A stretch of 64,000 bases of DNA, taken from positions 96,689 through 160,688 of the forward strand of contig CALRAJ010000001.1 in NCBI GenBank assembly GCA_943350765.1, read 5' to 3'. This DNA comes from Candidatus Tayloriibacteriota bacterium (GTDB taxonomy: Bacteria; Patescibacteriota; Minisyncoccia; Phycocordibacterales; PALSA-1337). Below the pieces are notes generated by a model. That model had not been told where the DNA came from, made no database searches, and worked only from the letters and a program-made list of their open reading frames with translations. Both the position numbers and the translations under genes were made by a program. Shown piece after piece: positions 9,681 through 20,443 of this stretch; position 1 is the first letter of the stretch, and each line of letters starts with the position of its first letter.

Positions 9681-10979
9681 ATGTATACAAAAAACGCAAA
9701 CACAGGAGGGTCTTCACGACCTTCTACTTATAAGCCATCTTCATCTTTTCGCCCAGGTGGACCGTCGCGATTTTCTCGTGGAGGAACTAGCGGTGGATAT
9801 CGTGGAGGAAGCGGTGGAGGATTTCGAAGTCGACCATCTTTTGGTGGTAGTAGAGGAGGTGGTCGTGGCAGAACTGATAACATCAGTCACTCAAGATTTA
9901 TAAACAAAGCGGTGATTACTGAGGAGGTCGTGAACTTTGTACCGGAGCACAAGTTTCAGGATTTTACTTTCGAACCTTCACTCAAGCAGGCTATTATTAC
10001 CAAAGGCTATCTACTTCCAACACCTATTCAGGACCGATCTATTCCACATGTACTAAAAGGTACAGATGTAGTGGGTATTGCAAACACTGGTACAGGAAAG
10101 ACAGCGGCATTTCTCCTTCCACTTATAAACAAGGTTTTACTAAACCGAAAACAACAGGTACTCATTGTCGTTCCGACTCGAGAGCTTGCTATACAGATTG
10201 ACGCTGAGCTAAAAACTTTTGCTGGTGGTATGAAAATGTACTCAGTATGTTGCGTAGGAGGAGCAAGCCTCAGTAAGCAGATTAACGATCTCCGCTATCA
10301 GTACAACTTTATCATCGGGACACCAGGACGACTAAAAGATTTGATAGATCGCAAGATGATTTTCCTAAAAGAATTTAATACTATTGTGCTCGATGAGGCA
10401 GACCGCATGCTCGACATGGGATTTGTCAACGACATGCGCGCGGTGATGGCTGGTATGCCAAAGGACAGACAGACACTTTTCTTTTCCGCGACACTTTCAC
10501 CAGAAATAGAAAAGCTTATTCATGAATTTTTGAAGGAACCTGTAAGAATTTCAGTAAAAACTCAAGATACTTCAAAAAATGTTGACCAAGATGTGGTCAA
10601 AGTGGCTCGTGGAGCAAACAAAATAGATGTACTTCACGATTTACTCAAGCAAAAAGAGTTTAGCAAAGTTCTTATTTTTGGTCGTACTAAACATGGGGTA
10701 GAAAAGCTTTCAGGAATGCTGGTACAAAAGGGTTTCAAGGCGGACTCTATCCACGGTGATAAAAATCACTCTCGTCGACAAAAAGCTCTAACCATGTTTA
10801 AAAACAATCAAATGCAGGTGCTTGTGGCAACCGATGTGGCAGCTCGAGGACTAGATATTGCCGATGTTAGCCATGTGATCAACTACGATATTCCTGCAAC
10901 TTATGACGACTATGTACACCGTATTGGTCGTACTGGACGAGGTAATAAAAAGGGTAAAGCATTAACATTTGTAGAGTAA
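9681..10979 (+). CDS. DEAD-box RNA helicase with RGG-rich N-terminus
   Basis: PTPIQ, ANTGTGKT, PTRELA, GTPGRL, LDEADRM, SAT, ARGLD, YVHRIGRTGR. Confidence 0.96.
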   Translation: MYTKNANTGGSSRPSTYKPSSSFRPGGPSRFSRGGTSGGYRGGSGGGFRSRPSFGGSRGGGRGRTDNISHSRFINKAVITEEVVNFVPEHKFQDFTFEPSLKQAIITKGYLLPTPIQDRSIPHVLKGTDVVGIANTGTGKTAAFLLPLINKVLLNRKQQVLIVVPTRELAIQIDAELKTFAGGMKMYSVCCVGGASLSKQINDLRYQYNFIIGTPGRLKDLIDRKMIFLKEFNTIVLDEADRMLDMGFVNDMRAVMAGMPKDRQTLFFSATLSPEIEKLIHEFLKEPVRISVKTQDTSKNVDQDVVKVARGANKIDVLHDLLKQKEFSKVLIFGRTKHGVEKLSGMLVQKGFKADSIHGDKNHSRRQKALTMFKNNQMQVLVATDVAARGLDIADVSHVINYDIPATYDDYVHRIGRTGRGNKKGKALTFVE

Positions 10980-10990
10980 GCTATATAAAC

Positions 10991-11017
10991 AAAAAAACCA
11001 CCTAAGGCGGTTTTTTT
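10991..11017 (+). terminator. Terminator
   Basis: aaaaaaaccacc-taa-ggcggttttttt. Confidence 0.7.
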
Positions 11018-11086
11018 GTGTACTTTGTAATACATATATTAGGGTGTATAATTACAATATTATTAATTTATTAAATTTTAATTATT

Positions 11087-11392
11087 ATGTCATCTAAAAC
11101 AGTTGTTGTTATCGTTGTTGTTGTTCTAATTTTGCTAGGTATATATTTTTATTCAAATAACAAGGAAGTAGCACCTGTGGTTACCGCACCAGTTGAAAAT
11201 CCTATAGTCGCAGAGCAAACGAAGACTGAAGTGGCTGTAACCCCTTCAAACACTAGCTCAAATGATGAGATTGTTGATTACCTTGTCGATGGTCTATCCG
11301 TTGATGCAAAAACCTCTGCAAAGGCTAGTATAGATAGCACTACTGTGCCATCACAGGATCAAGTGGGTGCGGCCATTAATACTAATTTCTAA
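11087..11392 (+). CDS. Hypothetical membrane-anchored protein
   Basis: N-terminal TM, low-complexity Thr/Ser/Val body. Confidence 0.7.
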   Translation: MSSKTVVVIVVVVLILLGIYFYSNNKEVAPVVTAPVENPIVAEQTKTEVAVTPSNTSSNDEIVDYLVDGLSVDAKTSAKASIDSTTVPSQDQVGAAINTNF

Positions 11393-11403
11393 TACACATA
11401 TCC

Positions 11404-12279
11404 ATGAATAAAATACTTTCAACGCTCATTATTGTAGGTATGCTCGCACCGTCCCTGTCTTTTGCTCAAACAGACACATCTAGACCAGCTATCCGAGCTA
11501 CACGACCGTCCCAGAATGAAGATAGAAAAATGATGGGTACTCAGCCGAATAAAGATAGAGAAAGTGGCGAGGGTAGGATGAATAGCTCTACCACTCGTGC
11601 TGAAGCTAAAAAGGAAATGTTTTGTACACAGATAGATAAAGTTTTGGCTGGTTTAGATACAAAAGGTATAAGAATGGAAGAAAAGCGTGAGGAAAAAGGT
11701 ACAAAGAAAATTGAAAAGAGAGGTGAAGCTAGAGAAAAAGTTGATATCAAAAGAGATGAGAATGATGCAAAGAAAAAAGCTCAGCTCGCAGAGCTAACAT
11801 CTAGGGCAAAAAATGATGCTCAGAAACAAGCGATATCAATTTTTACAGCAACTATTGAAAAGGCGATTGCGGTTCGAGATAGTGCGGTAGATGCTGTACT
11901 GAAAACACATAGAGATGCTATAGACGCCACTGTAGCATCTAGAAAGACTGCTATGGATACTGCGATTGCCACCTTAAAATCAGAAATTGAGTCTGCAAAG
12001 TCAATAGCAAAATCTGATTGTGGAACTGCAGGAGTATCCCAAGAAACAATCAGGACAACACTTCGAACAGCCGTAAAGACTGCTCAGGATAAGTTTAGGA
12101 CAACAGTACAGTCAATTGAAAAGGTCAAAGATATTTCAATGGCAGAAAAGGAGTCTAGAAAAGATCAGATAGAAAAAGCTCATGCTGATTTCAAGCTTGC
12201 AACAGATCAAGCAAGAAAAGATCTAAAAATAGCACTAAAGCCAGTATCGGTGACGGCTTCGACCACAGTGAGTCAGTAA
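11404..12279 (+). CDS. Hypothetical secreted coiled-coil protein
   Basis: Signal peptide (..PSLSFA/Q), long charged helical region. Confidence 0.75.
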   Translation: MNKILSTLIIVGMLAPSLSFAQTDTSRPAIRATRPSQNEDRKMMGTQPNKDRESGEGRMNSSTTRAEAKKEMFCTQIDKVLAGLDTKGIRMEEKREEKGTKKIEKRGEAREKVDIKRDENDAKKKAQLAELTSRAKNDAQKQAISIFTATIEKAIAVRDSAVDAVLKTHRDAIDATVASRKTAMDTAIATLKSEIESAKSIAKSDCGTAGVSQETIRTTLRTAVKTAQDKFRTTVQSIEKVKDISMAEKESRKDQIEKAHADFKLATDQARKDLKIALKPVSVTASTTVSQ

Positions 12280-12299
12280 TAGATAAAATTAGGTAAAAT

Positions 12300-12453
12300 A
12301 GCTTCAAAGGCTCAACGGGCGCCGTTGAGCCTTTGAAGCTTGTGAGGTCATACCCCACGAAAATCTACTGATTTTCGTGGGGTATTGTAATCGTATTAAA
12401 TGGCTCATCAAAGCCGTTTGAACGGCTCAACAGGGCTGTTGAGCCGTTCAAAC
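12300..12453. repeat. Cluster of three long palindromes between convergent genes
   Basis: 12300-12340 (19-bp arms, ggctcaac), 12350-12385 (16-bp arms, TACT loop), 12416-12453 (18-bp arms, aacggctcaacag). Each has relatives elsewhere in the window. Confidence 0.9.
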
Positions 12454-12461
12454 TAATGTGT

Positions 12462-12869
12462 CTATCTATTATTCTCAGGTCTTATTTGTATCGATTGAGC
12501 ATTCATACTACCGTCAGGATTTTTGCTACCTGTGATTGTTACTTGCGTACCAGTAATAATGTCATTTAGTGACCCTACACTACTCTTTTGTATAGTGGTA
12601 CTCGAGTTTAGAAATACAATATTTGAGCCACCTTCGCGTAGCTTTACCGTAACACTCTGAGCATCTTTTGTGATAATTTCACCTGTAATAAACGCCCCAC
12701 CTTGTCGAACGGCACGATTGCCACCATTTAAATTTGCTCTAAATTGCCCTGATCCAGCCTGTGTCTGTGTATTTTTTGATGAACCATACTTTATACCAGC
12801 ATAAAAAGCTATCCCAGCTACAATTATCACTACAACAACAATTTTTATAATATTTTCTTTATTTTTCAT
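12462..12869 (-). CDS. Membrane-anchored small beta-barrel (DUF5666-like) protein
   Basis: TM ending FYAGIKYG; GEII..D..SVTVK...G.QVTITGSKNPDGSMNAQSIQI. Confidence 0.65.
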   Translation of the reverse strand: MKNKENIIKIVVVVIIVAGIAFYAGIKYGSSKNTQTQAGSGQFRANLNGGNRAVRQGGAFITGEIITKDAQSVTVKLREGGSNIVFLNSSTTIQKSSVGSLNDIITGTQVTITGSKNPDGSMNAQSIQIRPENNR

Positions 12870-12910
12870 ATAATTTTGTAAAATTAACTAACTAAATAAT
12901 TACTAATTTA

Positions 12911-13087
12911 ATCCCAAATTACAAAATACTGTCGCAGGCGTATCTTTTTGAAAGACTTCGGAGGCGGGTAGCCGAGACTTGAGAGATTTTCTAGTAAGAA
13001 AATACAAGGGCTTCGTCTACAGATGCCTATCCCTAACCGATAGGCTTCAAAAAGATATGCCAAGAAAGGTATTTTGTAATTTGGGAT
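12911..13087 (+). repeat. Structured dispersed repeat, copy B
   Basis: 19-bp perfect outer stem, gtcgca/aagaaa internal loop, 16-bp inner stem, conserved core, extra gcctatc/gataggc hairpin. Confidence 0.9.
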
Positions 13088-13100
13088 AACTTACTTCCCA

Positions 13101-14324
13101 CTACTCATACCTCAACGCCTCGATTGGGTGCAATCTCGACGCTCGTCTGGCAGGGTAGTATCCGAAAATAATACCGATGCCAGTCGAGACACCGAAAGCG
13201 AGAAATATTGAGGAGAGAGATACCGAGGTTTGAATAATACCAAAATAATTTACCGCAAAAGATATAGCCCACCCAAAAACAACACCGACAACACCACCTA
13301 TAAAAGTCAGTACCACTGCTTCTATTAGAAATTGTAGATTTATATCTTTTCTCTTTGCTCCAATAGCTTTCCTTAGACCGATTTCTCTAGTCCTTTCTGT
13401 AACTGTAGTTAGCATCATATTCATAATTCCTATTCCACCGACCACAAGTGAGATACCAGCAACAGCAGATAAAAGCACTGTAAATATCCCCGTAACACTA
13501 GAGGCAGTAGCTACTATGTCAGCCTGATTTAAAGTACTAAAATCAGCCTGAGTTGGATCACTGATATTATGACGGTCGAGAAGTAAGACTTTTATCTGAT
13601 CCTGAATCTCGGTCATGGATTCTGGATTATTCGCTTGTACGCTAATGGTGGTTACATACGCATCACCAGCCAAAAAGCGTTGAGCGGTGGTAAGAGGGAT
13701 AAAGATCATATCATCCTGACTACCAAAGCCTGTGCCACCCTTGGCTTTTGTTACACCAATGATTTTAAATACGATGTTTTTTATTTTAATCGTCTCACCA
13801 ACAACATTTGCTCCCTGACCAAAAAGATCGTCTCTTGCTGTAGGACCGATGACAGCAACTTTTGAAAGACTTTTTAGGTTTTGATCAGTAATAAATGATC
13901 CTTCGCTTATTTCTACATTGCGTACACCTAGGTATGAGGAGTTTGTACCGATAATAGAAGTATTGGTGTTTTTACCCTTACTGGTTACTTGATATCTACC
14001 AGAGATTTCTGGTGATACCGCTTTTGCCAGAGTAACTTCTTTGATTATGGCGTCTGCATCGCCTTGTGTTAGCGTCCGTGCGGTACCACGACCTGAGCTT
14101 ACCTGAAATCCCTGCCCACGCTGAGCACCAGGGGTAACCAAAACTAGATTTGAGCCAATAGACTGAATACTCGATGCTATAGAAGCTTGTGCGCCTTGAC
14201 CAATAGCCGTCATGGCTATTACAGAACTGATACCTATCACAATACCAAGCATAGTGAGTCCTGTTCTGATTTTATTTGATTTTAAAGCAATATATGTTTC
14301 TTCAAAAATATCGAAAATGGTCAT
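13101..14324 (-). CDS. MacB/FtsX-family ABC permease
   Basis: LTMLGIVIGISSV, ISLVVGGIGIMNMML..V.ERTREIGLRKAIGA, YPARRAS.L.PIEALRYE. Confidence 0.95.
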   Translation of the reverse strand: MTIFDIFEETYIALKSNKIRTGLTMLGIVIGISSVIAMTAIGQGAQASIASSIQSIGSNLVLVTPGAQRGQGFQVSSGRGTARTLTQGDADAIIKEVTLAKAVSPEISGRYQVTSKGKNTNTSIIGTNSSYLGVRNVEISEGSFITDQNLKSLSKVAVIGPTARDDLFGQGANVVGETIKIKNIVFKIIGVTKAKGGTGFGSQDDMIFIPLTTAQRFLAGDAYVTTISVQANNPESMTEIQDQIKVLLLDRHNISDPTQADFSTLNQADIVATASSVTGIFTVLLSAVAGISLVVGGIGIMNMMLTTVTERTREIGLRKAIGAKRKDINLQFLIEAVVLTFIGGVVGVVFGWAISFAVNYFGIIQTSVSLSSIFLAFGVSTGIGIIFGYYPARRASRLHPIEALRYE

Positions 14325-15061
14325 GGGTGTGTTTGAATGGTTTTATTTTCTTGTATGGATGTAATTATTCTTCGTTCGTGTATTTTGCTATCCTCAACAA
14401 TCAAACCATCTCTGATTGTTATTATTCGTTCGGCATGTTCTGCTACATCACGCTCATGAGTAATGAGTATGATTGTACGACCTAGTTCCTTGTTTAGTTT
14501 TTGAAATGTTCCAAGTACAATCTCACCTGTTTTTGTGTCTAAGTTACCAGTTGGCTCATCAGCTAGTATTAGGGTAGGGTTGTTGACCAAAGCTCGAGCT
14601 ATCGCAACACGCTGTATTTGACCTCCAGAAAGCTGATTTGATAAATGTTTAAAGTGAGTTTCCTCTAGTCCAGCCGAGATCAGAGCTTTTTCTGCACGCA
14701 ATTTTCTTTCATCTCTGTCTATACCAGCATAGACCAGTGGTAACATTACATTGCGTAAAACAGTAGACCTAGAAAGGAGATTGAATGATTGAAACACAAA
14801 ACCAATTTTGTTTTTCCTTATATCAGCCAGCTCATCATCAGTTAGTTTAGAAACATCCTTTCCATCTAAAAAGTATGAGCCGAGAGTGGGGGAGTCGAGT
14901 GCGCCAAGTATGTGCATTAGGGTAGATTTGCCTGATCCAGACGGACCCATGATAGCTACAAATTCACCGTCATTTATAGCAAAGCTTACTCCCTGCAAGG
15001 CTTGAAAGGTATTTTCATTTCCTTGACTAAATGTTTTTGTTATGTTTTTAATTTCAATCAT
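14321..15061 (-). CDS. MacB/LolD-type ABC ATPase
   Basis: [38 protein letters not shown]. Confidence 0.95.
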   Translation of the reverse strand: MIEIKNITKTFSQGNENTFQALQGVSFAINDGEFVAIMGPSGSGKSTLMHILGALDSPTLGSYFLDGKDVSKLTDDELADIRKNKIGFVFQSFNLLSRSTVLRNVMLPLVYAGIDRDERKLRAEKALISAGLEETHFKHLSNQLSGGQIQRVAIARALVNNPTLILADEPTGNLDTKTGEIVLGTFQKLNKELGRTIILITHERDVAEHAERIITIRDGLIVEDSKIHERRIITSIQENKTIQTHP

Positions 15062-15073
15062 ATTGTAGGATTT

Positions 15074-16918
15074 CTACCTAACAACTCGAGTAGACGCACC
15101 AGTAGCACTATTTCTATTACCTGTTATAGCTCCAAAAATACTTGGCGTAGCGGTAACCCCAGTATTTGTACCAGCAGTAATAGTTCGTGTAATGATCTGA
15201 TCGCCCTCTTTTAGTCCAGAGATTATTTCAACTGAAGTGTCGTTTGATAGACCTGTTTGAATATTTTGCCTTTTGGGTGCTACTGATGATCCGACGCCCT
15301 GATTTTGTGAACCCTGAGGTACCGAGAGGGGTGTATCGAACATTTCCACATAGCTAGATACAGCATCAGATTTGACAGCACTATTTGGAATAATGAGTAT
15401 ATCTGATTTTGCATCAGTAATGATTGTAGCGGTAACACTCATACCGGATTTTATTCGTATATCTTGTGTATCGAGTGTAATTTGGACACTATAAGTTACC
15501 ACACCCTGCGACACTGTACCTATTGCATCTATCCCTGTAACCCTACCAGTCATTTCCAATCCATCTATTGCATCAAAAATAAGTGTAGTTTTTTGACCAA
15601 TCTCTATCTTTGCCACATCTACTTCATTTAGAGGTATGGACACAATCTTTTGACTTGTGATGAGTGAACCTATCACACTACCGGAGGAGATTGACTCACC
15701 TTTTTTCAAGGTTATTTTAGTAACAGTGCCTTCAAAAGGAGCTCGAATAAAATAGTCAGCAAATTTATCCCGTGCATCAAGTAAGGCATTTTCTCTTTGT
15801 ATTACTGCAAGCTCTTGTGAGCGTATATCGAGTGCATCGCTCCCAGCCTTTAATTTTTCAAGCGACTGAGTATTTTCGACTATTGACCTTTCGGCATTCA
15901 CCTTAGCATCACTCGCACTACGAATACCATCTTTAATATTAAGTAAATTGATTAGATAAGTGTTTGTATTACCAGTGTAGGTATTAATGCTGGAGAGATG
16001 AGTTTCTGCAAGTGTGGCTACATTTAAGTTTCTTTTTACTAGCTCATCTTTATACATTGAAACGAGGTTATTGGCACTTTTTATTGCCTCAGCTATATTT
16101 CTAGTGGTTTGGTATGTCTCCTCTAAAAGAGCCTCAATTTCTGCCTCACTAGATACGCGTGTTACTATCTTATATCGTGTGAGATTTGCATCATAACTTG
16201 CCCGAGCTACTGTATACTTGCTATCCACATCTATTTTCAAAGAATCCGCCAAGGTATTGTACCTTCTAATAGTATCAGTATAGTAGTCAATATTTTGCTG
16301 ACCAGTACCACCGAGTCCAGCCTGGGTACTGTAGAGTATGTTTTGTAATCCACTCATTATATTTGGAAGAGTTAGGAATACATTAGTTACGGTATTGATA
16401 GCATCTTCGTAGTTTTGTTTGAGTTCGTTTGCCGAACTGATTTTTGTTTCGTTGGCTCTGGCAAGTGTATTCTCGGATTGAGTTACCGATAGAATGTCAG
16501 CTGGTTTTTTGATTTTTTCGAGCGATAACCTAGCACTTTCTAGATTTGCTTCAGCATCGCGTACAGCTTTTTGTGCATCACGAGTATTTATTTGTGCGAT
16601 GAGGGTACCTGACTTTACAATTTGTTCATTTATAACACCTATATAGACCACATCACCGGAGGCTTTTGCTTTTAAATCCATTTGATTTAGCGTAGAAACC
16701 TGACCACTGCCAGTAACTGTAGTAATAAGTGTGCCTTTTTCAACTAAGGCGGTTACATATTGTGGGGGAGTATTCTGGTTTTGTATTGTTGTAATAGCCC
16801 AATAACCAATCCAGACTAAAACAACAGCCAAAATAACACTTATTATTTTATGTGCAATGGCAAAGTTTTTTACAATATGTGTTATGTGGACGGTTTTGTG
16901 AAAAATTGTGCTGGTCAT
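15074..16918 (-). CDS. MacA/HlyD-like periplasmic adaptor with extended helical hairpin
   Basis: TM anchor, GSGQV, IRAPFEGTV, NEVDVAKIEIGQ, GVVTY.V, IPNSAV, GLSND..VEIISGLKEGD. Confidence 0.9.
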   Translation of the reverse strand: MTSTIFHKTVHITHIVKNFAIAHKIISVILAVVLVWIGYWAITTIQNQNTPPQYVTALVEKGTLITTVTGSGQVSTLNQMDLKAKASGDVVYIGVINEQIVKSGTLIAQINTRDAQKAVRDAEANLESARLSLEKIKKPADILSVTQSENTLARANETKISSANELKQNYEDAINTVTNVFLTLPNIMSGLQNILYSTQAGLGGTGQQNIDYYTDTIRRYNTLADSLKIDVDSKYTVARASYDANLTRYKIVTRVSSEAEIEALLEETYQTTRNIAEAIKSANNLVSMYKDELVKRNLNVATLAETHLSSINTYTGNTNTYLINLLNIKDGIRSASDAKVNAERSIVENTQSLEKLKAGSDALDIRSQELAVIQRENALLDARDKFADYFIRAPFEGTVTKITLKKGESISSGSVIGSLITSQKIVSIPLNEVDVAKIEIGQKTTLIFDAIDGLEMTGRVTGIDAIGTVSQGVVTYSVQITLDTQDIRIKSGMSVTATIITDAKSDILIIPNSAVKSDAVSSYVEMFDTPLSVPQGSQNQGVGSSVAPKRQNIQTGLSNDTSVEIISGLKEGDQIITRTITAGTNTGVTATPSIFGAITGNRNSATGASTRVVR

Positions 16919-16934
16919 ACTATTTTAGTTTGGA

Positions 16935-17426
16935 TTATTTTCTGATTGATTGGTTTGCGGTATCAGTATCTGATGGCATAATTCTAATCAAACGAGCCGA
17001 GATTTCACCAGTTTCAGTGGGTGTGCCAAGTACCATGACATTTGTATTTATCATAAGGTCTGTAGTCGATGCAATATTTCTAAATGAACGAATATCCGTA
17101 TCATTTTTAATTACAATCACTTTTTCTATATTGTCTTTCCCTTCAATAATAAGCGTTGGTAGGCTAACTCGGATTATTTTACCAATAGTGCCGTGTGCAT
17201 TCGGCAAATCTCTACCTCGAAAATCATTAAACATACCCATTCCATTACGGTGTCCGCCAAAGGTTCGATAATAATTATCACCCAACCCAAATGCAAAAGA
17301 AGCTTTTTTTAGTCCAACAAACATACCCGCTTGAAAGATAATAAGGGCGATAATTATGCCCCCAATAATGTACAGCACGCGAGTAGCTTTTTTTGACTGA
17401 AGCAAGGTTTTTATATCTATACTCAT
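16935..17426 (-). CDS. Membrane-anchored hypothetical protein (DUF5666-like)
   Basis: TM then FQAGMFVG..KASF, HGTIGKII, I.ARLIRI. Start set at MSIDIK (17426). Confidence 0.65.
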   Translation of the reverse strand: MSIDIKTLLQSKKATRVLYIIGGIIIALIIFQAGMFVGLKKASFAFGLGDNYYRTFGGHRNGMGMFNDFRGRDLPNAHGTIGKIIRVSLPTLIIEGKDNIEKVIVIKNDTDIRSFRNIASTTDLMINTNVMVLGTPTETGEISARLIRIMPSDTDTANQSIRK

Positions 17427-17439
17427 ATATTTTATTTTG

Positions 17440-17880
17440 TTATGCAAATTTATAAAACGCTTTTCGACTATCTCGCACCATCGACACAAGCCCACCGAGC
17501 AGTACAAATCCGCCAAAAAGTACCACCGTGATGCTAAATAGTGGAATAGTCTCTACTAAGGAAAGTAACAACTCCTTTCCATACAACATAGCTATACCAC
17601 CATCAGAGAAAACCAGCGAAAGATATTGAAAAAAATCAGAACTAGATAATTCCCGTACCAAATATGTATAGGAGTAACCAAATCCTATGGCAGTGCTGAG
17701 TACTAGCGTACTCCACAAAGCAAGTCTCAACCGTGCCATTAACACTTGTATCTTTTCTATTTTTGCGAGTATATTGCTATAGAGTACTGCTCGTGGCTCT
17801 ACAGATGGTATACCTTTTAATATCTGTGCATAATTTTTCTCCACAATACTTATACGACTGGATTTAGTTTTTTGGTGCAT
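17440..17880 (-). CDS. Putative membrane anti-sigma factor
   Basis: Overlaps ECF sigma stop, P..LYSNILAKI motif, 2-3 TM. Confidence 0.55.
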   Translation of the reverse strand: MHQKTKSSRISIVEKNYAQILKGIPSVEPRAVLYSNILAKIEKIQVLMARLRLALWSTLVLSTAIGFGYSYTYLVRELSSSDFFQYLSLVFSDGGIAMLYGKELLLSLVETIPLFSITVVLFGGFVLLGGLVSMVRDSRKAFYKFA

Positions 17881-18439
17881 TAGTATCTGTGAGGATTTTT
17901 CTTAACAGAATAAGGCCTCGTCTATGCTGGCTACGAATAGTTTCCAGGGGTTTATTGACTATATGTGCAATTTCTATAAAGGATAGCTCTTGCTGATAGT
18001 GCAGTGTCAGTATTTCCTTGTACAGGAGGGGTAATTTGTCTAGAGATTCTGTAAGTAACTTTTTATTTTCTTCTTGCAGGAAAAGTTCATCTGGTAACAG
18101 CGTATTGTCCGCGAGAGATGTTGTAAAATAATTTTCACCTTCACTGTCTTCAAAACTAGAAAAAACAATAGCTTTTTTCTTTTTTAGCCAGTCTAGAGTA
18201 GTATTGTGAGCGATAGTATAGAGCCATGTTTTAAAACTATACTTTGTATCATATTTATCAAGATTTTTCCAAACTTTAATAAAAGTATCCTGAGCAATAT
18301 CCTCACTCATATCCTGATTATCTGTGAGACGATATATAAAAGCATATATAGGTTTGAGATACCTTTTTAAAATGCCGTGAAAGGCTTTTTCATCACCGTC
18401 TAGATGCTCTGTGACGAGCTGTTGATCTGTTTTATCCAT
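17864..18439 (-). CDS. ECF RNA polymerase sigma factor
   Basis: D.AQDTFIKVW, FKTWLYTIAHN..LD, LP..YKEIL.L.Y..ELSF.EIA. Confidence 0.93.
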   Translation of the reverse strand: MDKTDQQLVTEHLDGDEKAFHGILKRYLKPIYAFIYRLTDNQDMSEDIAQDTFIKVWKNLDKYDTKYSFKTWLYTIAHNTTLDWLKKKKAIVFSSFEDSEGENYFTTSLADNTLLPDELFLQEENKKLLTESLDKLPLLYKEILTLHYQQELSFIEIAHIVNKPLETIRSQHRRGLILLRKILTDTNAPKN

Positions 18440-18502
18440 AGCTTGTAGATTTCCATTGTGTCATAGATGGACTTTATTGTCATACTTGCGACTTTCCTCG
18501 CA

Positions 18503-18525
18503 CTCGCAAGAACCGTTCTTGCGAG
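18503..18525. repeat. 23-bp palindrome between divergent ECF sigma and DUF1761 genes
   Basis: ctcgcaagaac-c-gttcttgcgag. Confidence 0.6.
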
Positions 18526-18638
18526 GACTACCAAAAAAGCTGGGTCTAGGGCAGGGGATAGGTAATCTTCTATCTTTACACTACATTCGACAATGCTATA
18601 CTGTAGAGGTATTATTTATTATAAGCATTATAATCTAT

Positions 18639-19079
18639 ATGGAACTAGATATACTGAAAGAGTTGGTCAATCCGTGGGCGGTTTTGGTGTCAGCTATAGC
18701 AAGTATGATTATTGGTTCGCTATGGTATTCACCATTATTATTTTCAAAACCGTGTATGGCAATAATTGGAGTTACTCCAGAAAAAATCACCGAGAGTAAA
18801 AATAAGAGTATAGCCAAGTCCATGGTCATTGGATTTATTAGTGCGATGGTAACTGCTTTTTCGCTATCCTTATTGATCGGATTAATTGCACCAAATACGA
18901 TAGCGGGAATGTGGCTGGCACTTTATATTGCTTTTATTTTCTGGCTCGGCTTTATGGCTGTAATTCATCTCGATACTGTAATCTGGGAAGGCCGTCCATG
19001 GAAATACTTTTTTATAAATTCTGGCTGTCGTTTGGTAACAATTTTAGCCATTACCCTCATTTTATATTTTTGGCGATAA
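18639..19079 (+). CDS. DUF1761-like membrane protein
   Basis: VNPWAVLVSAIASMIIGSLWYSPLLF...FFINSG. Start set at MELDIL (18639). Confidence 0.8.
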   Translation: MELDILKELVNPWAVLVSAIASMIIGSLWYSPLLFSKPCMAIIGVTPEKITESKNKSIAKSMVIGFISAMVTAFSLSLLIGLIAPNTIAGMWLALYIAFIFWLGFMAVIHLDTVIWEGRPWKYFFINSGCRLVTILAITLILYFWR

Positions 19080-19112
19080 TTTACCTCCAGAAGACTTTTT
19101 TAACACAAACTA

Positions 19113-19550
19113 ATGCAAAAATATTCTGAATTATTTAAAAAATACAGTCTTCATGTCGCTTTTATTCAGTCTGTAATAGCTACCCTCGGTAGTCTCTTTT
19201 TTAGCGAAGTGATGCATCTCACTCCCTGTGTACTGTGTTGGTACCAGCGTATTCTCATGTATCCACTGATCTGGATTACCGCGGTTGGAATTATTAAAAA
19301 GGATAAAAATAGCCCACTATATATCCTACCACTCGCACTGTTCGGCTGGGTTATCGCCCTCTACCACAATCTCCTTTACTATAAAATAATCCCTGATACA
19401 CTTTCGCCATGTAGTCTCGGTGTCTCATGTACGACCAAGTTTTTTGCTTGGTACGGTTTTATCACCATCCCTCTAATGTCATTTACCGCCTTTTCTATAA
19501 TCATCGCCTGTGTGTTAGTATATAGAAAATATTTAAAAAATAATAAATAA
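19113..19550 (+). CDS. dsbB: Disulfide bond formation protein DsbB/BdbC
   Basis: GSLFFSE..H.PCVLCWYQRILMYP, second Cys pair PCSLGVSC, ITIP. Confidence 0.93.
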   Translation: MQKYSELFKKYSLHVAFIQSVIATLGSLFFSEVMHLTPCVLCWYQRILMYPLIWITAVGIIKKDKNSPLYILPLALFGWVIALYHNLLYYKIIPDTLSPCSLGVSCTTKFFAWYGFITIPLMSFTAFSIIIACVLVYRKYLKNNK

Positions 19551-19558
19551 TAAATCAA

Positions 19559-20194
19559 ATGGAAAAAGAAACTCGGGTAGTAGCAGGTGTCGTAGTGGTT
19601 TGCATAGCACTCTTTGTGGCTGGCGCAATGTGGTATAACTCAGCTACAAAACCTGTGCCAGTAGATATGTCTCGCCTGATTCGTGAAAACAGCACAAAGA
19701 TAATGGTTCCTGATGCAAAGATAACCATCGTAGAATTTGCGGATTTTGAGTGTCCTGGCTGTGCTGGTATCCATCCTGTACTAAAAAGGCTCTTGACTGA
19801 CTATTCTGGAAAGATCAGTTTTGTTTACCGTACATTTCCGATCCATCGAGACTCGGCTCTAGCTGCTACTTTTGCCCTCGCTGCTGGTGAGCAAGGTAAG
19901 TTTTGGGAAATGCATGACAAGCTCTATGAAAACCAATCCAGCTGGGCAGGCAAGGAAAAACCACCTCGAGATATTTTCCTAGGTTACGCTACTGACCTCA
20001 AACTCGATATCGCAAAGCTTGAAAAAAGTCTAAGTGATAGTCATCTCGAGGCCCATGTAAACGCTGATCGTGATGATGCATTAAAGCTTGGTATTCGTGG
20101 AACCCCGACTATATTTATAAACGGTGAAATACTAAAAGGTATACCGAGCGACGGCGAGCTTCGTGCGAGAATTGATGTGATACTTGCGAAATAA
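19559..20194 (+). CDS. DsbA/BdbD-family thioredoxin-fold oxidoreductase
   Basis: VEFADFECPGC, QGKFWEMHDKLY, GTPTIFING. Confidence 0.92.
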   Translation: MEKETRVVAGVVVVCIALFVAGAMWYNSATKPVPVDMSRLIRENSTKIMVPDAKITIVEFADFECPGCAGIHPVLKRLLTDYSGKISFVYRTFPIHRDSALAATFALAAGEQGKFWEMHDKLYENQSSWAGKEKPPRDIFLGYATDLKLDIAKLEKSLSDSHLEAHVNADRDDALKLGIRGTPTIFINGEILKGIPSDGELRARIDVILAK

Positions 20195-20234
20195 GATACA
20201 CGGTGGTTTTGTAATAATCTTTGGCAAATCTAAA

Positions 20235-20380
20235 TACCCCGAATTACGAAATGCCTTTCTTGGCATATCTTTTCGAGGGTACGGATAAAAGTTTACTAAC
20301 TTTTTCCTGAAATCTCGGCTACCCGCCTGCGAACCCCCTCGAAAAGATACGCCTGCGACGACATTTCGTAATTCGGGGTA
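20235..20380 (-). repeat. Structured dispersed repeat, copy C
   Basis: Outer stem taccccgaattacgaaatg/catttcgtaattcggggta, same internal loop and core, inner stem ending cgaggg/ccctcg. Confidence 0.9.
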
Positions 20381-20419
20381 AATAAAAAATAGCGTTGGGT
20401 GAAAATCACCCTCGGCTGT
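20381..20419 (-). terminator. Terminator of orphan gene
   Basis: agccgagggtga-tttt-cacccaacgct followed by attttttattt on minus strand. Confidence 0.7.
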
Positions 20420-20443
20420 TGTGTATTAAATATGAACCTTTTC

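Noticed and set aside
9514-9903. 129-aa ORF overlapping the DEAD-box start
   Set aside because: Reads through repeat copy A and an alternative frame of the helicase
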